Below, one piece after another: positions 40,674-52,200 of a stretch of DNA of 64,000 bases. The stretch's first letter is position 1. Every line of letters begins with the position of its first letter. Source of the stretch: Marsupella aquatica (lineage: Eukaryota; Plantae; Marchantiophyta); NCBI GenBank assembly GCA_973895155.1, contig OZ316896.1, positions 2,790,001 through 2,854,000 of the forward strand, in the 5' to 3' direction. A program made the translations under genes and the position numbers. The notes beneath the pieces were generated by a model that worked only from the letters and a program-made list of their open reading frames with translations, ran no database searches and was not told where the DNA came from.

Positions 40674-41970
40674 TGTTCGACTAGAATGCCTTCGACTTTG
40701 TACTTATTTAAGAAATTGTTTTAGGTACTCACTAAGAACTCACCCTCAAGCATGACTTTGTGGTAGTTCACTTGAGTAAAGACTGAGGGGTCTTGGGTTC
40801 AACTATTGTGGCCGACTCTTCCGTTTCTGTGGGGTTTTCACAGATTTTCCTTAAAAAAAATTAAAAATTAAAAAACTCCCATTCAAGAACTCACCCTCAC
40901 CCTTTTCTCATCCGCCCTCAGTTGAGTTCGCTGGGGCTTGGCTTTAGGTTCCAATGGGAACCCGGGTTCCCTGCTCAGGGGTTCATATGACACTACTTTT
41001 TCAAACTCCAAAACATTTATTAGGTAATTATTTATTGTGCAAACCCAGCTAGCACTAGGCAGTCTTCGGACCACTGGTCTATTATTGACTTCTCGGCGGG
41101 CAGACGGGCAGGATTCATAAAGATATTGGCGGGAAAGAACACCAGTCTCCGAAACGCAAATCCCACATTTCGGACTCTGATGTTCCGAAACGCAAATCCT
41201 ACATTTCGGACTCTGATGTTCGGAAGAAGAATGTCTGTCAGCGAAGAAACTTGATGCAATGAAAGTCATGCCGTCGGAGGTGAGAAGAATGGATTATCTT
41301 TGGTTCACCAGTGAGGCAACCGCTACAGGATCTGGTGAAGGAATGGTTCAGTTCGGTGAAGGAATGGTTCAGTTTCAGAAAACAGACACAGACTAAATGT
41401 CGAGAGGGGTCACGAAAGAAATGCACCAGGGTTTTACGGAATTCCCCCAACATTCTGTCAACAAAGCATACATTGGAGACGATTTAGAACTGCGTAGGGA
41501 AAGCTCAAGGATTGAAAGGAACAGTTCTGCAATAGTGAATGCGAAAGAGATCAGTCCGAAATGGAGCTCGGAATTGGGTCGGCAATTTACTGTTAGATGA
41601 GGTGGGCGATGAACTCTGTCCAGAGGATGAGCGCAATGGGGGTTTTAGGAGCTGAGGAGGCGATGGAGGTGCAGGGCATGGAAATAGCAGCTTGTCAGGG
41701 AGATCGAGACTGAAGCCGTCGAATACCATCGTCACCTTCGGGAACACGGGGCTCATCACATTGGACAGATCGAAGCATAGCGAGGCTGCCGATCCCTCAA
41801 CGAGCGGGTACGTGACCAGAGATTGAATCTTTGTTACTAGGGCGGAATAAGCAGCTGGGACGAGGCGAGTGGTGGTTGTACCAGAGTCGGAGATTACTAG
41901 AGTCAGGAATTAGGTCAGCATTGACTCTTAGATGAGGCAGGCGATGGACACTGTCTAGAGGTTGTGCGCA

Positions 41971-42794
41971 ATGGGGGTTTTAGGAGCTGAGGAGGCGATG
42001 GAGTTGGAGGGCATGAAAACAGCTGCTACTGAAAAGAAGGACAAGGAATGGATGGATGTAGATACTCCTGAGTTTGGCAGCAAGCTTTCTGCAGCGCAGA
42101 AGGGAAAGGGAAAGGGAAAGGCGGTGCCGACTGCGTTGAAGAGAGTCGGCCCCTGGGTGGAGAAGTACCGACCCGCCAAACTTTCTGATGTTGCAGCGCA
42201 CAAGGATATCATAGATACCAGTACTGCCCCTTCTCTATCCCACGCTTCTATTCTCTGTTCTCAGTAATTTCGAATTGCTCCTGGCGTGTTGCTGACTGAG
42301 TCAAATTCAAATCGTAGTTTCTAAAACCTAACCAGCCTGACCTAGTCATTGGTTGAGCTTGAGAAACTAGAAATGAACTGACGTGTGCTAATTAGTTTTT
42401 CTGCCATATCTCAATTTAGGTGAAAGATTAAGTTTTCTGAACAGGATTTCGATTGGAATGCAGTTGATAGGCTTACTGGGGAGAACCGGCTACCTCATCT
42501 TTTGCTGTACGGACCACCTGGTACGGGAAAAACTTCAACCATTCTGGCAGTGGCGCGCAAGCTCTATGGAAGTCAATTCCAGAACATGATATTGGAGCTC
42601 AATGCCTCAGACGATCGTGGCATTGACGTGGTTAGGAACCAAGTGCAAGATTTTGCTAGCACTCAGAGTATTACTTTTGGGTATGTCTTTATGGCTTCAT
42701 GTTTGCTGTTTTAGTGGACTGATTGTCAGGAAACTGACTTCTGGAACGAATGTTTTCTTTGCTCAAACCATTTGGGTTGCGCAATCGGTCCTCC

Positions 42795-42833
<39 letters not shown>

Positions 42834-45625
42834 TTTTCTTTCTTTCTTTCTTTCTTTCTTTCTTGTGGGTTAGGCAAGAGTGCTTCAAAAACGTGATTTT
42901 CATCAAGCTGAAAGGTGTTTTTAATTTGTTGTGCTCATCCAATGATAATTTGGTGCCCTGCAGTATTAATATCAATGTGAAGCTTATAATTCTTGACGAA
43001 GCAGATGCAATGACCAAAGATGCCCAATTCTCTCTCCGGCGAAGTAAGCATGTCGGCCAACCTGGGAAAATGTTCACAGTTGTAGAAATTCATCCGCCGT
43101 TTACGAATTCTGCACATAATTTCTCACAAACAAACGGGGGAGTATATGTGTTCAAATGAATTTCTGGCTTTTGAAGTTTAGGAGGGGGCCATTATTCTCA
43201 GAAAATTGTCAAACTTCATTTTGATTATAGGTCATGAGGACTTTGCTGCGACTCCTCAGTTTGACTGCTCTCTTTGCTCAATTACTGGCATTGTCCTTTT
43301 GCTTGAAGAGGGCATATTTACCCGCTGAATTCTGAGGTTATGTATACGAGTATGTTGCGTTTCATATTTCACTAGGAACTCTGTCTTCTAATGCTTTCTG
43401 TTATTCTTGTTCAGTCATAGAGAAATATACCAAGAACACTCGATTCTGTCTTATTTGCAACTACGTAAGCAAGATTATCCCAGCTCTACAATCTCGATGT
43501 ACTCGATTTCGCTTCGCCCCCCTTGATCAAGCACATGTCGTCGAACGACTTCGGTTCGTCGTCAAGGAAGAAGGGTATTTACCCACCAAACCTACTTCTT
43601 ATGACTAGCCAGGGCGTTTCTCTCTTAGGTCTTTCTGTTCGATTATATGTATGTAATAGGTGAAAGTAGAGTTCATGTAAAGTGCATGGAGATGGTTACC
43701 TAGTGGAAAGCGTCTTGTGTGCAAGAATCATCAAGCAACAGAGACCTGAACGGGCTTCATTAACGCACCAGTTTGTCTGCTTCTGTTGAGGAGTCCCGCA
43801 GCTAGTAACTAGCTTGGCATGAGAGTAGTGAACCGATTTGGTTTGCTTTCTCTAAGTTAGACGTTATGGTTAGCCTCTGTCATGGTTATGTTCTGACTAT
43901 AATTAGTCAAGTTGCAGAGTATCTACTTGGTTCCTGTTGTGATTCTTTAAGCTAGATCTTCCTAAATGGACACGATCACAAATAAAGTAGCTGTGATAGC
44001 ACGCTGAGGGGTGTGAACGAAAACATACATGTAACTTGAACTGAAACTAGTCGCTTACACAGGTTTCGTTTTGTCAATAATATTTATGCAATAATTTGCA
44101 TAAATATTCTAACGGCATTGCTGTTCCTGATAACTTGAATATTGAAGAAGAGAAACGCCGTATATAAAATACTTATGGGTCTTTATGTCTGTACTGAGGT
44201 GCAATCCCACTGACCCATTTGCAAAGCCACTCAACGAGGATATTCTAAGGAATTCGCAGATCTGATTGTTTTGGTTGATCTTGTAGGGTGGATATAACAG
44301 AAGGTGGGCTCAATGCAATCGTCAGGCTTGGTGGGGGTGATATGCGTAAAGCCCTAAATATACTCCAGGTGTGATCATTATGGGCTTGTTATTTAACTGT
44401 GAAGTTGGACTTTGTATTGATCACCAATATAGCTACCATGCCATGAGAGAATTTCAAGGCATCACTTTACAACAATTGGATGTTACGTAATTTGTACGTA
44501 AAATAATTTCACAGCATTGTGACAGCATTGTGAGTCAATAATGAACATCTGCGTTCGGTATGTGTGTCTATATTGATCTGCAGTCAACCCAAATGGCAAC
44601 ACCTCATGTAACGGAGGAATCAGTGTATTTGTGTACTGGCAACCCAATGCCCAAAGATATTGAGCAGATTGCGCATTGGCTACTGAATGATTCCTTCACG
44701 AGAGCTTTTGACAGTAAGTCACTTCCATAAAGTGAACTCTTCCATATAGTGCTATTGCTGATTTCCCGTGCAAAACTTTTCTTTGAGCCGTATTCGAACT
44801 CTGTTGCTCAAGAGCAACCCCATGGAGCCCCTCCCGATCTACTGATGATCAATTTGGGCACGTACGAGATGCTTGTTGAGTCCAAACCTACCTGTTGGGT
44901 GCTCGTTTAGTGGTTCTGATTTCTTTGTTTTCCCATAAAGAGTGATGGCTGTTGTGAAAACGGTTTCATCGATGTTCTTCAGTCGGAAACATTTATGCTT
45001 GTCTGTGGATGCCCTACTTGTGGGTTGATTCTTTACTGAACTTACATTGATCTCTTTTGCAGATGTTTCAAATATGAAAACCAACAAGGGTTTAGCTCTG
45101 GTTGACATAGTGAAAGAGCTTCTTCCGTAAGTCCCCGGATTATGCTTGTTCTTGCATTCACCTCCCTATTCTTGAAGAGTCGGTCTGCCGAATGGAGGGA
45201 AGACATCGCTATCTGACCCATTTCTGTGTCAGCTGTTCTCAGCAGGCGCTTTCTGTTGAGAATATCGCTTTCAATTTTTCTTGGAATGCTTCTCTATGCA
45301 TTAAAACTGCTGTCTGGCATTGTGCAGATTCATTTTTCAAATAAGCTTGCCTCAAGATGTGAGAGTACAAATTGTTGATGCACTTGCAGATATTGAGTAT
45401 GTGCCTTTGCCGCATATTTCCACTCTATTACATCGGCCTGTGTTTAGGTTAGGCTTTTGAAGTTTTGGATTGCTTGACTGAAGGTATTTGGAACATAGCC
45501 TAACAACGACAATGTCACGATTCAGGTACCGGCTAGCGGGTGGGACAAGTGAGAAGCTGCAGCTTGGGGCACTTATCAGCGCGTTCACTCATGCCAGAGT
45601 GACGTTGGTCAAGGTAGCACGTTGA
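41971..45625 (+). CDS. RFC5: Replication factor C small subunit (human RFC5 / yeast Rfc3 type clamp-loader AAA+ ATPase); multi-exon
   Basis: [23 protein letters not shown] (Walker A), [34 protein letters not shown] (Walker B), [11 protein letters not shown] (SRC motif), C-terminal [12 protein letters not shown]; start may instead be ATG 41998; subunit numbering differs between species. Confidence 0.95.
42796..42862. repeat. (TTTC)n microsatellite in an RFC intron
   Basis: Directly visible. Confidence 0.95.
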
Positions 45626-46852
45626 CCTCAGTTTTTGTCGAGAAATTTCAAAGCACGAGTCATATGCCAAGATTATCACAGGTTGTTGACCCTTTCGAAT
45701 GGCCGAGCACCCTGGGATGGGTGGGCGCGTGTTTTGGTCCCAGCAAGCTCTGTTTTAAGACATATCTAGGAGCTCTGCACGTGGAGAGCAACTGGCACTG
45801 CATTGTTGGCAAATTGTTTAAGAGTAGCAAGTCCTGGAGGGGACACCGACTGCAGGTACGTTTTGCACTTGAGTTTCTGAGAAGGGGCCTGAAAGTAACG
45901 AGGGCCGTTGGTATTCGATGATGCAATTAGTTGTATTTCATGGCCGTGAGGGAAAATGGAGTTCTGCCTAATCGGGAAGTACGGAATTCTGCGAGGCCTG
46001 AAAGAACAGTATCTGATTGTGTCACGAAATCGTGATCAGGAAAGGAAAACACCATAGCAGATCTAGTCTTGCTGCCAAGTTGAGCGGCTCCATGTAAAGG
46101 ACCTTTCGTGATATAGTTAGTACTTCTGACGAAGGATTTGCTGCAACTTCCGAAGAATTCATAGGTACTCTGGTCACAGATGTGCCATGCAATGTTTTGC
46201 TCCTGTCCGCCCCCGGAGCATTGAAGAAGGCCCGTCAAGCGATCATCCGCTTGACAACATCACGGCGCAACCGAGCGAGAGAGGGAACATGCGAGAAAAA
46301 GAACAGAGTGACATCCACACAAAGGCACAAAGAAAGGGCGCAATCCGACAGAGGAGGGGCCCAGGAACGAATGCGAGTACTTTAATGAATGAAGAGACGG
46401 CGAAATCCCGACCAAATAGGTAGATGATAATGGAAGCACGAGACCACGAGAGAGAGGGAGAGAGAATTCCGCAGAGAGTGGTGTTGAAGTGACATGAAAT
46501 CTGGTGCTGTTTCGACCGTACAACAGAATCGGGGTGTTTTCTTAGTGTGGGACCACTTTGTTTTTTTTTTCTCATTTTGTATACAGTAAAGTCCTGTTTA
46601 CCAGAGCTTCAGTTTGAGTTTTGAGGGGGCTATTTTTACCCATAATGGTCCTGACGTCTGAACGGGGCAGGACCCCTTTTATAGTGGCAGCAGTGGTTTC
46701 AAGCTTTTCCTAAGAAAACACTCGGTCGTCGAAGATTTGCACAATGAGTTTCAGAATCGCATTTCTCAGCTTCTGAAAGGAAATAAATTGACGAGCATAA
46801 GAAGTCAATCGGGCCGTGGAATCAACTTCCAATGTCCAAGAGCATCCATAAC

Positions 46853-47332
46853 TCTGTGAGACATTCTATTTTCCAGCACTTTGAACTGGCCCTAAAAGAC
46901 TTCATAATACTCGTGAATTGTTCGACATGAAATTACTAAGATTTGTCAGCAGTGAAGAGTTGATACTAGACGCCTGAATTACGAAGATTTGTCAATAGCG
47001 AAAACTGATATTGGACTTGGGCTCGGTCGGAGGCCATGATTGTGAAGAAGTATTTTTCAATACTCTTTGCAAACAAGTCTAAAACATTGCTACTTACGAT
47101 TCATTGTACAGAAAATCCTTACAGCACTCCATAGAATACAAGTGTAAGGACATTTTTTAGCTCTGGTACTCCAAGACTGGTTAGTATCAACATTTCATAG
47201 TACAAATCGTAGTAATTCAGTCGTGTAGAACTGTTTTACAGTAGTCTCGGTTCGAATGGGTTCAAATACAATTATTCATGAAGTCTTTTAGTGGCCAGTT
47301 CAAAGTTCTGGAAAAAATCACCTTCTCACAGA
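46853..47332. repeat. Imperfect inverted repeat (MITE-like foldback), about 480 bp
   Basis: ttttccagcactttgaactggccctaaaagacttcat vs atgaagtcttttagtggccagttcaaagttctggaaaa; termini tctgtgaga and tctcacaga. Confidence 0.8.
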
Positions 47333-47490
47333 TTTAGGGGTCTCGATCTACGATAGTATATTTCGTTGGTAGTTTCCTGTGATGGCAGTGCACTTAGTCT
47401 TTTTCATTTATACTTTCCTTCCTGAATATCAAGCCTTGGATACTCTTGGACATTCTAAGTTGGTTCCACCGTTCGAAGGTTTCAATTCTG

Positions 47491-47784
47491 ATGCTCTTTC
47501 GTCGTTCCCTCTCACAAGCTGAGAAGGGCCAGACCTCTTGAACCCACAAACGACCATATTGTGTTAAGTTCAGGAGCACTGGTTAGGGAACTGGTTTTGC
47601 AGAGATCAGTAGTAAGTATTTCATCGCCATTGAATTCCACTGGGTTCTCATGCTCTTTCGTTCATTCCCTGTTAGAAGCTGAGAAGGGCCAGATTCTTGA
47701 CCTCACAGACGATCAAACAGTATCCAATGCTCTTTAGGAGAGTGAACTGGATTTGCATTGACCAGTAGCGTGTATTTCATGGCC
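47491..47784. repeat. Diverged tandem duplication with a 159-bp period
   Basis: atgctctttcgt...aagctgagaagggccaga...gaactgg.tttgca...gtatttcat starting at 47491 and 47650. Confidence 0.75.
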
Positions 47785-48096
47785 GTGTATTAAATGGCCA
47801 TTCAATTTCATGGGAAAAGGAAACTAGCAGCCTTTTTCTCCAAAGACAAATAAATTGATTGATGTCCCAGGTGTTTTTTGAACGCAATTGAACGAAGAAA
47901 CGGGGCTCGATGATCCGGCGCTCATTGGCATTCAGCAGGCTTTGATCAACCAAGGTTATTATTATATATGTAGTATAATAATTCTCTCCCTGCAACATCG
48001 ATTCATTCGTAGATCTGTTGAAAAAGTGAACGCACGGTGAACAGAAAACGGCCGGGGTGGCATCGAGTTGCGCATCCACCAATGGGACTGCGTGCT

Positions 48097-48168
48097 GGGG
48101 CATTGCGAGAATCGAACTCGCGACCTCTTGCACCCAAAGCAAGAATCATACCACTAGACCAAATGCCC
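48097..48168 (-). tRNA. tRNA-Pro(UGG)
   Basis: GGGCATTTGGTCTAGTGGTATGATTCTTGCTTTGGGTGCAAGAGGTCGCGAGTTCGATTCTCGCAATGCCCC; intact 72-nt cloverleaf; TTATATAA about 30 nt upstream. Confidence 0.97.
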
Positions 48169-49267
48169 AATCATGTCCCTGTAAAAACAGAATTCGCTTA
48201 TATAAGGTAATTAATTTGATAGTCCATAACTTTTAACGTGAGTATGACAAATTTTTACGCCAAAAGTTTTGGATTATGACTTTGATAGGCCATAAAATTT
48301 TATCTGCTTACGCTTCTACTAAGTTAGAGTCCATTAAACTTGAAGCTTTCTGGAACCCTGGTAGACACTACAAGAACGATGCAATGAGGACACATTAGAT
48401 GAATGAAACTGCTACTAAGTTATATTGAAGCTTTGAGAAGCCCTGGTAGACACACGGTGCAATGAGGACACATTAGATGAAACTGCTGCTCTGCGACTGT
48501 ATCAGTTTTGGTGTACCGTAGGCATAATTGGAGGCGAGAGACATGCATTGAAACGAGGTGAATGAGCGACAGTCTGGAGGGAATTCTAGTCGTTAGTAAC
48601 CCACATTTCATCATCCTGTTTTGTGCCTCGTTGCAAGTGGAAGTATTCAAATTGGCGAACACATTGGAGGTATGGAACTTTGACAATCTAATGTATGCTC
48701 CATTCGTCCCAAGACGAGTACCATTTCGAAGGTGTGTTCCTATCCTTTGGAGTATATGCAACATATTACTCACCCTATGCCCCAAGCCCACCTTTCTTTT
48801 TCCTGTTTTGCCTACTTTTGGATCGCAGGAACAAACAAAACTCCACCGACGAAACCCTTCTGAGTCTTAACGATAGTTAAATCAATGAAATTCGTATCAA
48901 TAGGGCGAGAGGCACGGCAGATTCATATCCATCGTCGACAGGTAAGGTTAGACAGAAAGCTCATACTCACCCGCGAATTGCTTCTTGAAATTGCACATTC
49001 TCTTACCTCAGTGAACGGATAAATGCATCCCTCCACATTAATCTATCAACCTGAATACAAATATTTGCTCTATCCCTCTAGCGGGATGTCTGAATGAGAA
49101 TAATTTAGCACTCAGTGTCGTACAATAATATTGCACAAATTGGCCCTGACGTACGGGAACCCTCGGAATCTACTTTCCGGCCTGTACCTCCTGCCTTCCT
49201 CCACCTCCTTAGCTTTACAAGATCGAAAATCGGAAAGGCCGTAATCCCTCCATGACCGCTTTCACTA

Positions 49268-52200
49268 TTAATCTCTGACATATGGAATAGTTTCATCAAT
49301 GGTATCTACTTTCTCTCCATCTTCTAATTCATCTTTATATCTATCATCTCCTGGTAAAGCACAGATTGTCACTCCCCTTTCATCACCTTCTGCAAATGAC
49401 TGACGGTCCTCAGGAATATTGCCCCTGCGCCACTTCAACTTTGACATGGCCATGCTTGGTGAAGCAGCGGAGCTACTAGAAGACTCTTCCACTGAGCCAT
49501 TTTGGGGAGTATCAATACTCGTCGTAGGAGAGCTCTCACTTGAACCAACCTTCGTGACAGTGAGACATTCAGGTTCATCCTTGCTCGAGGCCATACTGCC
49601 ATTCGTTTGTGCTTCTTTTTCCAGAATCTTCCCAGATGGAGAGGCAAGAGCAATACTCGACGTTGACAGAGAGTCCCCTCTATCAATGGTGATAGCGCTA
49701 GGAGAAGAGTTCTGACTATTACTCACACTAGACAAACGGATGGGTAGCTCATCATCTGATGTCTGGAACTGTAATACACTTCCAACGTTCTCCGCAAAGG
49801 AACTTTCTCTACTGCTGTCAGCATCCATCGTGGCGGCTGCTCGCCATGACTCATCCAAATTCAGGCACTCCTTCTCAATTAAACTTGGACTACTTGTTCG
49901 CGAACTCCAAGTCTCCCTCACCCTAGCCTTCAGGCCATTCCAAATAAGCCATTACAGAGAAATCAGCTTGGATGCAATATGATGATTAGTAAAAACAACA
50001 ATCATAACACAACCTGCATCTCTGTTAGTTGACGTAGTCTACTTGCCTCTTTGAAAGAGACCCTGTTCCTTTGCACAAACAAAATCTACACAACAAATAT
50101 ACGCAGTAGTTGGCTACTCAGTATTTTGTGTAAGGGCTACGTCTGAATTAGTGATGTTCGTTCAAACAAAGATTTACACCTTGACATGACAAGGTCTAAG
50201 GAATTGCATGATTATCTTGGCTGAGCGAACACATCTTAGCCCTACAGTTTTATTAGATGGCAGCTTAAATCTTTTTCTTTCCGTGAGAGATAATTAATTG
50301 AAGACAGCCCCATCAACTCCACAATGTAGGCAATCACCTGAAAGGTGACCACATAGTCAGCCTCTTTGCTCCCTTTCCTTTCCAAAGCCTCTTGCGCACG
50401 GAGCTCCATTGATTCACGCATCAGGCCCCTCAGGAACGACACATCATCAGACCTCACACCGAGGCCCCTGAGAAGAAGGGAACCGAGCTGTAGACTTGTC
50501 TACCAGACAGGAACAGCACCACAAGAGATGGAAATTAGTTCAATACTATCAGAAACAACGTCCTGATCTTTGAGATGATCCCATTCGAACCATCTTGTCC
50601 CGTTCAAAAGCCATGATGATGCTAATGATTCAGTCAATTTGAGGCAAGTACCTCAGTGGTCTCCAGGATGGCATCGGTAGCACCAGCAGTCTTCAACTCC
50701 AGCAGATGTTCAAGATCTAATGATCTAGCATATATTGGTATCTGAATTCCAAACCAAAAGAGTAAATCCAACGCTCATCTTCCTTGACGACTAATTGAGA
50801 CCCCCTCAACTATCTTCCCAAGTTCACCAATAGAAAGGACAGAAACAAAAGTAAAGGGGTCTCACGGGGTAAGAGAGGAAGTACGTTAGGGAAAGCACTA
50901 CGCAACCTCTCCACAGCTTGGACTGATTTCTGCCGTCCTGTATACATCACCATAACTGCCATGGGTGTTGAAATCCCAGCCGTTTGTAGCACTATAGGTC
51001 TAGATCCATCTCCGTAAAGTACGGGAAAGCCAAGATTACGTGCAGCCTGCAGACAACCCATTACAAGAGGCCCACATCATTTAGTGCACAAAGAGAATTA
51101 TAACAGCGTCCTTGGGAACAATGATCAGGTGATCAGTGAGCTCGATATGTAGTAACTACGCTTGGGACCACGTCGGCTTTGGCTAGTCCATGACATCTTT
51201 GTTCCAGACGAATTATCGAAGTCTAAAAACGCTGCGATGATGCCTCGAAAACTGGCAACGTTATGGTGCTTACGCGGATTAAAGAGTCTAGGATTACAAC
51301 AGGCGAGCTCCAGACCTACGGTGACACTTGGAGTTTAGACCGCTATACCTTAACTCGGCTTGGATCCAAATCGAATGCCACGTATGACCATCCAGCTGCA
51401 TCCCCTCCATGGCCAGATGCAAGAGGGGTGGACAGAAAGTTAGCCAGTACCTGCACACGCAGAAGGATGTCAACGGGTAGGACCCTATAGAAGAAAGCAA
51501 CGCTTTCACTGGTGCAATTGACAACGATTAAACCACATCAAAGTGGTGCTGTTCAGAACAGATATTCATTTCAATAGAGCGTGACCTAATGCTATTTCTG
51601 CAGAGCACACTGAAAGTAAACCCCCATACACAGTCATTTTGTGCAAACCAAACACAATATCATGCACAAAATATAACACCCCTACCCGTTCCACTCCAGA
51701 TATTTCAGTTGGAGGACGCGTTAAGATGGACATAAGAAGATTCTAAGAAAACTTTCTACGCGATAGTTACCACAACATAGGACCAATGACGTGTCTGGAT
51801 GCACAGAGGGAAACTAACCTGGCCCATCTGTCCAAAACCTATGATGACCACCGGCTCACTTGCCTGAAAATTGGTGACACCTTCCAACTTCTGTTTCAAC
51901 AAAAATATTAGAATTTTCCATCCAGGCTCGGCATTCTTTGTAGCATGCGTCTAGTCGAATGGTTACCGCAAATTTGGCCAGGTAAGGTACAATCTAGGCC
52001 ACCTAATTCTTCCACAATGACGCCTGACGGCTGTGTTCGGGGTTCGGGTTAAAATATGTCCCTTGTAAGTAATCTGGAATGCAATAACAACGCGTTGCCT
52101 AATTTAGAGGGTCAGGAGTCTGATAGTTACATACATCTTGCTCTCCAGGTTTGCCTTCGAGCCTCGACTCTAGGTACTCTGCAGCTGCTCGACCAACCTC

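Noticed and set aside
40751-40875. Second tRNA/SINE-like fragment (ggtcttgggttcaact followed by an A-rich tail)
   Set aside because: Only a B-box-like word; no foldable cloverleaf and no TSD
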